Part shown: in pieces, positions 1 to 9,413 of the stretch
How the letters are laid out: every line of letters starts with the position of its first letter
Numbering within the stretch: position 1 is the stretch's first letter
Source: a virus
Taxonomy: Duplodnaviria > Caudoviricetes
Direction: 5' to 3' (one strand)
Virus record (IMG/VR): IMGVR_UViG_3300017780_007355
Location: 1-39,064 of that record
Length of the DNA: 39,064 nucleotides
The notes under the pieces: model-generated
Databases searched by the model: none
Told to the model about the DNA's origin: nothing
The model's input: the letters and a program-made list of their open reading frames with translations, nothing else
Translations under genes and position numbers: made by a program

Positions 1-192
1 ATGTATAGGCAGATCAAAAACTAATTTATTTAGGTAAATAGTACCTTGTTCTGAAAAACCTAATTTTGTTTTCTCAAAACTTAATTGAGTTATTTTTTTA
101 CACCCTGACCGATGGTAGAAAGAGTAAAATAAATCTAGTGCACCACTATTTAGATGATGATTAAGATGATTATATATTACACTTTCTATCAT
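1..192 (-). CDS. Partial ORF running off the window start; possible zincin-type metallopeptidase
   Basis: Manual translation from ATG at 192 is open for 64 codons: MIESVIYNHLNHHLNSGALDLFYSFYHRSGCKKITQLSFEKTKLGFSEQGTIYLNKLVFDLPIH. 'GTIYLN..L..LP' resembles the segment preceding HExxH in M48/SprT-like proteins, but HExxH itself is not in the window. Confidence 0.4.
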   Translation of the reverse strand, partial: MIESVIYNHLNHHLNSGALDLFYSFYHRSGCKKITQLSFEKTKLGFSEQGTIYLNKLVFDLPIH

Positions 193-224
193 ACTAAAAA
201 GTTATTTGTATATGCTAAACCTAA

Positions 225-854
225 CTATCTTTTTATAAATCTAACAGACCTGCCGTCCCTCTTATCGTAGCTGTACTTTAACACAATGCCAATGCTGCTG
301 TACATGTTGCGGTACCAAGCAGTGGTTATACTGTCCTCTGTAGAACTCCACCAGTAACCCTTGTAGCCAATGTCGTTGTAAATTCCAAAGCTGCCGCGTT
401 CACCGCCAGGAAGACCTGTAAATAAGGACGTATTAGTAGCCCCTGTATTTGGACTAAGCCAATGACAGAATCCTACTTCTTTCATTTTACCTCCTGCCAC
501 AGTTAAACCACCTAGATAATCTGTTAAAACCGTCCATTCAGCGTCTGTAGGTACATGATACCCAGTAGGTGAAAAACCTCTAGCGTCATTAACAGCATAC
601 CAATTGTATAACTTTCCGTATGTAGCTTCATTAGCTGGATTATTGTCATAATAACACCAAGCACCTGTAGTTAATGCAGCCCAAGCAGTTGGGTCAGTTA
701 CTTGCGGTATGGTATCACCATTTGCATAAGTTGAAACTGTTGCGTTACAACCAGTCCAAACTTGAGTACCTATTGTTACATCATGTGCTACACAATTAGG
801 ACAAGAAATGTCAATTCTTTTTGTTTTATATATGGATTTTTTTAGACTAAACAT
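225..854 (-). CDS. Fib_succ_major (FISUMP) domain protein, C-type lectin-like fold; candidate DGR target / receptor-binding protein
   Basis: Motifs IGTQVW..N, YGKLYNWYAV, P.GYHVPTDAEW..L, FTGLPGG.R, GYWWSSTE, SVRFIK. Confidence 0.9.
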   Translation of the reverse strand: MFSLKKSIYKTKRIDISCPNCVAHDVTIGTQVWTGCNATVSTYANGDTIPQVTDPTAWAALTTGAWCYYDNNPANEATYGKLYNWYAVNDARGFSPTGYHVPTDAEWTVLTDYLGGLTVAGGKMKEVGFCHWLSPNTGATNTSLFTGLPGGERGSFGIYNDIGYKGYWWSSTEDSITTAWYRNMYSSIGIVLKYSYDKRDGRSVRFIKR

Positions 855-856
855 AA

Positions 857-1483
857 TTAATCTTTTATAAATCTAACAGAAAACCCACCTTTTTTATTGT
901 AGTCAAACCTGACTGCATTGCCACTGTTGCTGGTTAGGGCGCGGCCCCAAGCATTGTTTGTACCGTTCTCTGTAGAACTCCACCAATAACCGAGGAGGCT
1001 AATGTTGGTAAAAGCTCCATCATAGCTGATGCGCGCACCACCAGGAAGACCTGTAAAACATGATGAGTTAGTTGCATCAGCGTTTGGATTAAACCAGTTT
1101 GTTGTGCCTACTTCTTTCATTTTACCTCCAGCTACTGGTAAACCACCTAAAAAGTCTGTTAAAACTGCCCATTCAGCATCAGTTGGTATATGATACCCAA
1201 CAGGAGCTAAAAATCTAGGATCATTAACAGCATACCAATTGTATAACTTTCCGTATGTAGTACCATTTGCAGAATTATTATCGTAATAACACCATGCACC
1301 TGTAGTTAATGCAGCCCAAACGGTTGGATCAGTTATCTGCGGTATGGTATCTCCATTTCTATATGTTGTAACATCTAAATTTGAACAAGTCCATGTTTGT
1401 GTGCCAATAGCAATTTCACCATTTACACAACAAGAAATGTCAATTCTTTTTGTTTTATATATGAATTTTTTTAGACTAAACAA
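857..1483 (-). CDS. Fib_succ_major (FISUMP) domain protein, tandem paralogue (TTG start)
   Basis: Same motif set as 225..854 and near-identical N-terminus MFSLKKxIYKTKRIDISC. Confidence 0.9.
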   Translation of the reverse strand: MFSLKKFIYKTKRIDISCCVNGEIAIGTQTWTCSNLDVTTYRNGDTIPQITDPTVWAALTTGAWCYYDNNSANGTTYGKLYNWYAVNDPRFLAPVGYHIPTDAEWAVLTDFLGGLPVAGGKMKEVGTTNWFNPNADATNSSCFTGLPGGARISYDGAFTNISLLGYWWSSTENGTNNAWGRALTSNSGNAVRFDYNKKGGFSVRFIKD

Positions 1484-1485
1484 AA

Positions 1486-2421
1486 TTAAACTTTTACGTT
1501 TCCTAATAAGTAATAAACTGTTTGAGAAGAACCTTGTTCTAAGTAAGCTTGGTCATATTGACCTTTAATTTTAGTAGCTCCTGCAGTTGCACATCTAAGG
1601 GTAACACCCCCTGACAACGTAAAAGTAACGTCTGCTGTACCATCTTGTATAAATCCTACTTGCATCCCTGTTTGAAGAGTAGCAGGTACTGTAATATTTA
1701 CAGGAGTTGTTCCGTTTTGGACTATAATTGAATAGCCATTATCTAAATTTGTAAGAGTATAATTTGCTGTTATGAATTTTTGAGGATTTATCTCTGCCCA
1801 GTTAGCTTTTCCATTTCCAGTATCTTTTAGATATTTTCCTCCTTGAGATGTTTCTGAGCCATCTTTTAACTGAATTGAAAAATTTTGAGACCCACCAATA
1901 GCTGAGCTTACACTACCTATATTTACTGAAGAAGTTCCTGAAGCTAAAGATTCTGAACCAATATTTCCTGCGGTTGAACCACTAGATAAAGAATATAATG
2001 CTCTATTTATTGTAGACCCTGTCGCAGATGAGCTTGCGATTATAGCTTCTTTACCGTTATTTAATGACTCTACTTTTAAACCTGATTGATTAGGAGATGT
2101 CTCCACATATATTTTAAAAGAAGAGTTTGTAGGTGCGTTAACTCCAATTGAAGTTCCATTATCTTCTGTCTGAGAAGCAATCAATGGTGTGCTTGGTGGT
2201 CCAAATTTTACAACTCTATTTATAGGGCCTTCAATATCTACAGGTTGAAACGAAGCAAATTGTTGATTTAAACTGTATATTGCTGCGTCTATTTTTATAA
2301 TAGTTGTCTCTACTGTATCCCCTGTATTTATAGATGTAGTTCCTAAGTTAACGTTAGTATATCTAACACAACTTGCGTCTACTTCAAACTTACACCCACA
2401 ATTAGGTTGGCAATTACTCAT
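1486..2421 (-). CDS. Virion fibre/adhesin-like protein with Cys-rich N-terminus
   Basis: N-terminal CQPNCGC...SCVRYT; Gly/Ser-rich middle shared with the 941-aa protein; C-terminal 'ITANYTLTNLDNG...VNITVP' domain typical of phage fibre ends. Confidence 0.6.
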   Translation of the reverse strand: MSNCQPNCGCKFEVDASCVRYTNVNLGTTSINTGDTVETTIIKIDAAIYSLNQQFASFQPVDIEGPINRVVKFGPPSTPLIASQTEDNGTSIGVNAPTNSSFKIYVETSPNQSGLKVESLNNGKEAIIASSSATGSTINRALYSLSSGSTAGNIGSESLASGTSSVNIGSVSSAIGGSQNFSIQLKDGSETSQGGKYLKDTGNGKANWAEINPQKFITANYTLTNLDNGYSIIVQNGTTPVNITVPATLQTGMQVGFIQDGTADVTFTLSGGVTLRCATAGATKIKGQYDQAYLEQGSSQTVYYLLGNVKV

Positions 2422-2499
2422 TTTTAATATTATTAATGTTGATTTATAATAAGGTTGTATCCTTATAAATAGTAATTATAAGGCATAAGACCTATATTG

Positions 2500-2507
2500 C
2501 AAAAATA
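2500..2507 (-). promoter_or_regulatory. Bacteroidota sigma-A -7 box (TATTTTTG) upstream of the 311-aa/FISUMP genes
   Basis: Matches TAnnTTTG in the intergenic gap 2422-2539. Confidence 0.5.
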
Positions 2508-2539
2508 CTAAGCAATAATATAACTAACAAAAAGATTAA

Positions 2540-2776
2540 TTAATCTAAAACTTTTTGATCTTCAACTGTAAGTTGAGATAATGCAGCTGCCACAGACCCA
2601 GCTAATGCTAGATATCCTGCTAGTGCGGTAATTGATGCAGGTATTGCAATCGGTGCTGCTAGTATTGTAGCCCCAAGTCCACCTATAACAATTCCTATTT
2701 TTTGTACTTTTTTCCAAAATTTTGGTGTAGGAGATTTCCATCTTTTTACTACACTATCTGTATTTATTGATTTCAT
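2540..2776 (-). CDS. Putative holin
   Basis: 78 aa; basic N-terminus RWKSPTPKFWKKVQ followed by two hydrophobic segments. Confidence 0.7.
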   Translation of the reverse strand: MKSINTDSVVKRWKSPTPKFWKKVQKIGIVIGGLGATILAAPIAIPASITALAGYLALAGSVAAALSQLTVEDQKVLD

Positions 2777-3123
2777 ATTTTATTAGTTATTAAAATTAAA
2801 AATAAGTCGATAATAGTTTTAGCTTCATTAGAATAGTCATTGTAAGATTTAAGTTCATTTCCTAAATTTAAAATGCTATAATTTTCATCATGATCAAATA
2901 ATTTTATTCTATTAAAAATTGTAATTTCATTGTCTAACTCAACATCATTTAAAATTAAGTTAGTATGCCCAACCAAGTCTATAAAATTATGATAGACTTC
3001 TTTTTCTAAAGTAGGTAAATCATCAACAAAAAAAATATCATCACTTGCAAAAGTGTCTGTATCTATTGAAAATGCTTCGTCAGGATAATTTAGTAATTTA
3101 CAATTTATGTGTAGTGTTTTCAT
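2773..3123 (-). CDS. Hypothetical acidic protein, possible tail-fibre chaperone
   Basis: 116-aa acidic ORF directly downstream of the 941-aa fibre gene; overlaps the holin start. Confidence 0.4.
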   Translation of the reverse strand: MKTLHINCKLLNYPDEAFSIDTDTFASDDIFFVDDLPTLEKEVYHNFIDLVGHTNLILNDVELDNEITIFNRIKLFDHDENYSILNLGNELKSYNDYSNEAKTIIDLFLILITNKI

Positions 3124-3125
3124 AA

Positions 3126-5951
3126 TTATAGTTTTGTTGTTGGTATTATTAAGTTAGGGTCTACTATTAAACCAGTAGGAGTTAATACATCTGCAACTGT
3201 ACTCATTTTATTCACATTAGATCTTACGTTATGCATCATTGTTTCTTTTGCTGCTTGTGTTGTTGAAACAAGATAACCACCACCACCTGTAATATAAGCT
3301 AAACAGTTATACATTTGAAAATTATTTATTTTAGCAACTCCTGCTCCTAAATCATCTTTCATAATTGAGGAAGTTGCTGAAACAAGAAAATTCTTATTAT
3401 GAACAATACAGTCAACAAGTTGAATATTTCCTGGTGTTCCGCCATGAGGATTAATCCAATAATCAGCTCTATTAAACATAGAATTAGATAGGCCAATACC
3501 TTTAGAAAGTATATACCCTTTTTTAATTATAATATTATGCCAACCATTACCATTTAATGCTTTTGCATAGTGTTGTACAATTTCTATGTCAGAATACATG
3601 TTACCTGTAAAAGTAACATTACCAGTATTATAAACTGCAGTAGGACTATAACTAACTATACATGGTGTTGCACCACCTTCTAAATCACCATTGATAAATA
3701 AATTATCTGCATTTTCAAATACTACTACTGAAGCCATATTAGCAGTTCCATTATCTGTAAATGTTGGTGAAGTATTACGCATTACACCTGCATTAATAAT
3801 ACAAGTAAAATTTGAATATGCTCTAGTAATCCTTAAACAATGTCTGAGATTACCTGTATTTGTATTTTCAATTATTGGACAATTAATAATAACAGTTCCT
3901 GTCATTGATGCTGTTACTGTATTATGAAAAAAGACTGTGTCATTTCCAAAACCGCTTAGTTTATGTTTAAAATTAGCTACAACATCGTAATTAGCACCAG
4001 CACATAATCTAAATGGAAGGTCTGCAGTTATACTATTGCAGTCTACAACCAGCTTAAACAAGGGAGACGTAGAGTCAGTCATTACTATTCCAAAAGCTAG
4101 TAAACCTGAAATTCTATCAAATTGCAATTGTATATCATAAGTTTGCCCTGTCCCTGTTATTCTAAATGTATCATGGTTAGTTAAAAATACAGCATGCCCC
4201 AAAAATCTCCAAGTTATAGATGTTGTTATAGAAAATCCACCATCAATAATTACGCCTGGTTTACAATATACATTAACATTACTAACTGGAACTACCATTG
4301 GTCCAATAACATATGTACCTGCATTAAATATGATCCAATCACCTGCTACGGCTACGGCTGATGCAGCCGCCCATGTTAAAAAAGGTTTTGATAAGTCATA
4401 TTTTACAGCTGTTGCATCATTTCCATATACTGAATCAATATATACTGCTTTAGCTTCTACAACAGTACCTGATGAATACCCACTAATGTCAGAAGTTGTT
4501 ATTGTAGCCCAATTTGCTTTTCCATCTGATGTAATAGACTTAAGAAACTTTCCTGTAGCCTGTGTACTATCTTGTAATTGTATTGAGTAATTATTACTTG
4601 CTCCGGTAGCTGTAAATTTACCACCTATATTTGTAACACTTGCACCTGCAGTACTTCCAGAAACACCAATGTTAGATGCAGTGTTTGCAGACGAAGTTCC
4701 TGAAACACCTACATTAAAACCACCAGTATTAATACCAACAGATGTTCCGTTTAAACCTGTAACTGTATTACTTGTTAATCCACTTGTTGTGTTTATTGCT
4801 GAAACAACATCTATGATTGCACCAGCACCAACTATAACAAGTTTTGCGCTTGTGTTTATGCTTGTACCCACAGACAAATTTGTACCATTATCCTGAATTA
4901 AACTATTTCCTAGAGCTGTTCCATTAGGTGTCCATTTTGCTAAATAGTTTAGATTTCCTGATCCACTAAGTCCTGAACCTGCTGAAACAGTAGTCCATGA
5001 AAGAACTCCAAAACCATCTGTGGATAAAACTTGTGAAGCTGTACCATCTGAATTTGGAAAAGAGTATGTACCGTTTATTTCAAGTCTACCATCTTGTAAA
5101 ATTCTTAATCTTTCTATTTCAGAAGCTGACCCAATTGACCCTACTTTAAATATAATATCAGAACCTCTTGTATTGGTGTTGTAATTTTCAATTCCTACTA
5201 CTTCAATAGATCCTGCATAATTGAAACTTATTTTTCCATAACTATCTCCTGAAAGAGGATAAGAACTTGCAGAAGTAGTACCTCTGAATCTTGTTAAAAG
5301 TAAAGTTGGACTGCCATTTGAAGTTGTATCGTTGTTATATTTTCTAATTTCTAATTTTCCAAGATTAATTCCTTCACCTTGAATATATATTTCTCCAGAA
5401 CTAACATTTGATAAACCAGGATTGCCATTCAAAGTCCCTTTGATATTAATTGACCCACTTCTTAAAATACGAGCTGTTTTAGTTCCTCCAGCATCTATAG
5501 TAGGTGAGCTAAGTAAATTCCAAGCTGTCTTAACAGTAGTTGTTACATTTTTAGTAACATAAGCAGACCCATTCCAAATCCATGTTGAAGAATCTACACT
5601 TGATAGATATAATAGACCTACTGTTGAAGGTGTACTAGGATCAAATAAAACTCCTGAAGTTGTTGGCGTAACTTTATCAAAAACTACAACTTCTTCATAT
5701 GTGTCATCTTGTGTAACACTTACTACACCAGATGTAATTGTTAAACCTGAGCCAATTTTTATACCTCCTAAAACAGAAGATGTTGCTGTTGGCAATGTGT
5801 AAGCGTCTAAAAAAATTTCTTTTATTGCGTTATTATCCCATATATAGTATCTCTCTGTATTTTGAGTAAAATAACAGATATGATATGGGAATGGTGTAAC
5901 TATAGCAGCTAAATTAGCTATTTGTACAATTTGAAAGTTAAATGAGTTCAT
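3126..5951 (-). CDS. Tail fibre/spike protein with probable C-terminal beta-helix
   Basis: YTLPTATSSVLGGIKIGSGLTI fibre repeat, 'DGTASQVLSTDGFGVLSW' repeat, and 'VYIDSVYGND...PFLTW.AA......GD.I...AGTY' cap typical of pectin-lyase-like beta-helices. Confidence 0.75.
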   Translation of the reverse strand: MNSFNFQIVQIANLAAIVTPFPYHICYFTQNTERYYIWDNNAIKEIFLDAYTLPTATSSVLGGIKIGSGLTITSGVVSVTQDDTYEEVVVFDKVTPTTSGVLFDPSTPSTVGLLYLSSVDSSTWIWNGSAYVTKNVTTTVKTAWNLLSSPTIDAGGTKTARILRSGSINIKGTLNGNPGLSNVSSGEIYIQGEGINLGKLEIRKYNNDTTSNGSPTLLLTRFRGTTSASSYPLSGDSYGKISFNYAGSIEVVGIENYNTNTRGSDIIFKVGSIGSASEIERLRILQDGRLEINGTYSFPNSDGTASQVLSTDGFGVLSWTTVSAGSGLSGSGNLNYLAKWTPNGTALGNSLIQDNGTNLSVGTSINTSAKLVIVGAGAIIDVVSAINTTSGLTSNTVTGLNGTSVGINTGGFNVGVSGTSSANTASNIGVSGSTAGASVTNIGGKFTATGASNNYSIQLQDSTQATGKFLKSITSDGKANWATITTSDISGYSSGTVVEAKAVYIDSVYGNDATAVKYDLSKPFLTWAAASAVAVAGDWIIFNAGTYVIGPMVVPVSNVNVYCKPGVIIDGGFSITTSITWRFLGHAVFLTNHDTFRITGTGQTYDIQLQFDRISGLLAFGIVMTDSTSPLFKLVVDCNSITADLPFRLCAGANYDVVANFKHKLSGFGNDTVFFHNTVTASMTGTVIINCPIIENTNTGNLRHCLRITRAYSNFTCIINAGVMRNTSPTFTDNGTANMASVVVFENADNLFINGDLEGGATPCIVSYSPTAVYNTGNVTFTGNMYSDIEIVQHYAKALNGNGWHNIIIKKGYILSKGIGLSNSMFNRADYWINPHGGTPGNIQLVDCIVHNKNFLVSATSSIMKDDLGAGVAKINNFQMYNCLAYITGGGGYLVSTTQAAKETMMHNVRSNVNKMSTVADVLTPTGLIVDPNLIIPTTKL

Positions 5952-5966
5952 TTATTGTTTTTTTAA

Positions 5967-7523
5967 TTATGCTAATATTCCGTTTACAACTCTTGCACCA
6001 AACTGGTCTAAGTAAGATATAAAGTAGTTATTACCTTCTGCAAGGTGTATTTCTTTACTCTCTATTTTATATATTTTTGTAGCAGTTGAAAAGTTTGTAG
6101 ATTGTATTCTACAGTTTGCGAATAATCTTATTACACCTGAGTTAAATGTACAGTTATGTATTTCCTGAAAGTAAGAAAATGCAAAAGATTTTAACACACT
6201 AGCTGTGATAGAAGTACCTGTATTATTATCAAATGAATCTGTAGAAGAAACCATTGTATTGCTATCAATAAAATTTATATTATTATGATAAAATTGATAA
6301 AGAGAAATAGTGTTATCTCTTAAAAAAGTTATCCTGTTTCCTTCAAAATCGCCTTCAATATTATTATTGATCATACTAAATATTTTATTTATTGTAAAAT
6401 AACTACCTGAAAAAATATTATTATTGCAATTATCTATTGAATTAGATTCAAAATCAGATACATAAAAAGAATTATTAACAAAATTACCTAAGTTGTTTTT
6501 TGAAATTGAGGAAGCGGCTGATATATAAGAGTTGTTTGATGTACCTGTAAAAATATTATCTGAAATATTCACACCTAGTAAAGTTAAGCTAGAACTTGCA
6601 TTAGAAAAATAATTATTACTTGCTTTACCAAGCATAACAATATTTGGTAAGTCAAATACACCTCTGTCAGGATTTGAAAAATAACCTATAACTTTGTTGT
6701 TTGAACTTTCGTCCGTAGCTACATAAGTAAATATTTTAAATTCAGAAGACACATTTCCGTTATCAAAAAAGATTGATGGATCATTATTCGCATCATCATA
6801 TCTTTTGAATAAAATATTTCTATGATCGAAATCTGTTTCGTTTCCAAACTGATCTTTTCGGTAAATAATTCTACCCTTTGTAACTGTATTGTTTACTGGA
6901 GTAGTGAACTCTAGCATATACTCAATAGTATCTTTTGGATAAGCCTCTTGTTGTGCCTTTATGCTAATACTATTGTTTTTTAAAGCAAATACAATAATTG
7001 GTTCTACTGGTCCTTGTTTAGCAGCTACACTTGTTTTAGGTGCTTTTAATGCAGTGTAGTCAGGTTGATCATACATTGTCCTAAAGTCGGTAATTCTGTA
7101 ATACGTTTCAGGGGATAGTGTACTTGCGTTTTTAGCGATTACTAAGTTTGCATGAGTGATATCTATTATTACACCACCTGTAGTACTTATTGTAATTGTA
7201 TCGTTTGCATCTGTTAATACAATGTTGTTACCTGCCTGTATAGACTTTGCTGAAAGTACTCCTCCTGAAAAACTTTTAAGTAATCCTATCCCTGTGCCTA
7301 AATTTAAAATTGTAAAAAATATACTCTTAAACTTTTCTTTTATCTTCTCAAGTACACTTGTAAGTGTTTCTTGATAACCTACGCCTAGATACGGATATCC
7401 TTTTGCGGTAACTACACAATTTGTAGAAATTATTTCATCGCACTCTATAGATGCATTATCTACTTTTGGCTCTGTTGGATTAATACAATTTGGATCTATT
7501 GTACCTTCTAAATCGATAAACAT
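5967..7523 (-). CDS. Virion fibre protein with Asn-rich beta-solenoid repeats
   Basis: 'L.P.TYYRITDFRT' and 'KGRIIYRKDQFGNETDFDHRNILFKRY' motifs, then repeated 'xNNxF/I' units. Confidence 0.65.
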   Translation of the reverse strand: MFIDLEGTIDPNCINPTEPKVDNASIECDEIISTNCVVTAKGYPYLGVGYQETLTSVLEKIKEKFKSIFFTILNLGTGIGLLKSFSGGVLSAKSIQAGNNIVLTDANDTITISTTGGVIIDITHANLVIAKNASTLSPETYYRITDFRTMYDQPDYTALKAPKTSVAAKQGPVEPIIVFALKNNSISIKAQQEAYPKDTIEYMLEFTTPVNNTVTKGRIIYRKDQFGNETDFDHRNILFKRYDDANNDPSIFFDNGNVSSEFKIFTYVATDESSNNKVIGYFSNPDRGVFDLPNIVMLGKASNNYFSNASSSLTLLGVNISDNIFTGTSNNSYISAASSISKNNLGNFVNNSFYVSDFESNSIDNCNNNIFSGSYFTINKIFSMINNNIEGDFEGNRITFLRDNTISLYQFYHNNINFIDSNTMVSSTDSFDNNTGTSITASVLKSFAFSYFQEIHNCTFNSGVIRLFANCRIQSTNFSTATKIYKIESKEIHLAEGNNYFISYLDQFGARVVNGILA

Positions 7524-7539
7524 TATATAAAGTTTTTAA

Positions 7540-8040
7540 TTATGGTAATTTATTTAAAATATATTGCAATAACTGCTCTAGTGTCGCTGGGGTATTTCCA
7601 CAAGCGTCTACACCAGGTATTGTTAAACCAAGACATGCAATACTTTGCTCGTATATTGGAGGACAAGTTACACAGCTTGGACAAGTTGGACATGGCATAC
7701 CAATAAAAGTCATTACTTGAATAAGTTTCTCTTCAAGTGTTTTTATAGCTTCTCTAGCTGATACATAGTTTGTACTAACCTCTTGTCCACCTGAAATATT
7801 ACTTGGTAAGTTAACATAACTGAAACAGCTTGTTCCAATATTACCTTGTTTTATTTCGTCAAAATTTATTTCATTACTTATTTTTGTAAGTATTACTGAC
7901 ATATCTTGTAAAACTTCTTCTACAGATATCTCACAAGAGTTTGGGTTTATGCTTGTGTCAGATGGAAGTACACCCTCGTACACGGTACAAGCGGAGTTTG
8001 ATTTTTTACTACATCTGTTTGAAACTTCATTACAGCTCAT
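7540..8040 (-). CDS. Cys-rich hypothetical structural protein
   Basis: 166 aa with CSKKSNSACTVYEG and CPTCPSCVTCPP; located in the virion module. Confidence 0.55.
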   Translation of the reverse strand: MSCNEVSNRCSKKSNSACTVYEGVLPSDTSINPNSCEISVEEVLQDMSVILTKISNEINFDEIKQGNIGTSCFSYVNLPSNISGGQEVSTNYVSAREAIKTLEEKLIQVMTFIGMPCPTCPSCVTCPPIYEQSIACLGLTIPGVDACGNTPATLEQLLQYILNKLP

Positions 8041-8290
8041 AAAAACTATGTATTGATTTGTTTATTACTAATTCTCTTATCTTATCTTTATCCTCCTCTG
8101 TAACGTAACAAGGGGGATTGCACACTAAACCACTTAAAGAAAGTAAGTTAAATTGTGTTTTAAAACATACATCAGATTTAAAATCAAACCTATGTTTTTT
8201 TAATATATCCATTGAAAGCTTACGTATATTTACTAAGTACATTTCTTTAGTAGAAACATTACTTTTATTAATTAAGTTTTTTGTACTCAC
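8030..8290 (-). CDS. Hypothetical protein (GTG start)
   Basis: 86-aa ORF overlapping both neighbours on the module's strand. Confidence 0.55.
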   Translation of the reverse strand: MSTKNLINKSNVSTKEMYLVNIRKLSMDILKKHRFDFKSDVCFKTQFNLLSLSGLVCNPPCYVTEEDKDKIRELVINKSIHSFYEL

Positions 8291-8507
8291 TTTCTATGTA
8301 ATTTTTTAATGTATTTATGTATTCTTCATCAGGACATTGGTTACTTCCTGCATTTGAAAGTATAGAGTCAATCTCTATTATAAAATCCATATACTTCTGA
8401 TCCATAGTATTGTTGTAGCATCTTACACCAAGACTTCTTATACTGTACAGTGTATTAGATACACCATTACAAAAAGAACTTCCGGAATTTGAATTACAAG
8501 AACACAT
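8268..8507 (-). CDS. Small Cys-rich hypothetical protein
   Basis: 79 aa starting MCSCNS; tightly packed with neighbours. Confidence 0.6.
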   Translation of the reverse strand: MCSCNSNSGSSFCNGVSNTLYSIRSLGVRCYNNTMDQKYMDFIIEIDSILSNAGSNQCPDEEYINTLKNYIESEYKKLN

Positions 8508-8510
8508 ATA

Positions 8511-9080
8511 CTAGTATGCGTTTATTGGTTCTATACCCTTGCCTTTTCTTTCTGATAACTCTTCACAACAAGATAACAAGTCATCTAATAATGTCTGCGC
8601 TTGTTTAAATAACATTCCGGATTCTTTCTCCATGTCAAATGCTAAATGTGCTTCTGCACCTTTTAATACAAACTCTATCTCAACAATTTTTTGAAAAATA
8701 TTTGAATCTTGCTTTACACAATTACATCCGCTATTAATATATAGCTTATTTAATCGCATTCTAAATAAATCTGTCTTAAGGTACTTTAATTTTTTATTAT
8801 ATGTTTCAGGAGATCCTTTTACAGTTATAATGTATATTCCATCTTCTAATGTTCTTTGCTCATCGTCTGGGCAATTATCACATTTTAATCCTAACATTGT
8901 AGAATTTAAAATATTATTTTTATTTTTAGTAAAATAGTTAACTTTAGGAGTCTTAAATCCTGGAAGCGTAACTTCAATAATAGATGGTTTTTGATCTATT
9001 AATCCCCAGTTAGAATAGTCTATTACATTTATGTAATAGATATCACTTTTTATATCAAAATCAATTCTTATTTTACTCAT
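8511..9080 (-). CDS. Hypothetical structural protein (Ig-like N-terminus, helical C-terminus)
   Basis: 189 aa with 'LEDGIYIITVKG' strand motif; preceded by a TAnnTTTG box. Confidence 0.6.
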   Translation of the reverse strand: MSKIRIDFDIKSDIYYINVIDYSNWGLIDQKPSIIEVTLPGFKTPKVNYFTKNKNNILNSTMLGLKCDNCPDDEQRTLEDGIYIITVKGSPETYNKKLKYLKTDLFRMRLNKLYINSGCNCVKQDSNIFQKIVEIEFVLKGAEAHLAFDMEKESGMLFKQAQTLLDDLLSCCEELSERKGKGIEPINAY

Positions 9081-9084
9081 AATA

Positions 9085-9092
9085 CAAAAATA
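9085..9092 (-). promoter_or_regulatory. -7 box TATTTTTG, 4 nt before ATG 9080
   Basis: Minus strand reads TATTTTTG-TATT-ATG. Confidence 0.55.
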
Positions 9093-9166
9093 TAGTTAAA
9101 AAATCTTAAATTAAAAAAGATTGAATTATTTAAAACTCTAACTGAATTATGTTGTTAAAATATTTT

Positions 9167-9409
9167 CTACAATTCAAACCCTTCTTTTAAATGTTGTGGT
9201 ACACTTTCCATTTCTTGAAAATCATTAAATAAAATAGGTGTCATCTCTAAAATTAAATCTGCAACAAATGATAACAAATCTTGTTCAGTCGATAATGTTC
9301 TATAAGAACATATATAGTCTGAAATAACAGGGTTTTCAGGATAAACTCTAATATTTATTTGATCATTACCTAATAAAAATTCTTGGTAAGTTAATATAAA
9401 TTTTTCCAT
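9167..9409 (-). CDS. Hypothetical acidic protein, possible fibre chaperone
   Basis: 80-aa acidic ORF 4 nt downstream of the 823-aa fibre gene. Confidence 0.45.
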   Translation of the reverse strand: MEKFILTYQEFLLGNDQINIRVYPENPVISDYICSYRTLSTEQDLLSFVADLILEMTPILFNDFQEMESVPQHLKEGFEL

Positions 9410-9413
9410 AGTT

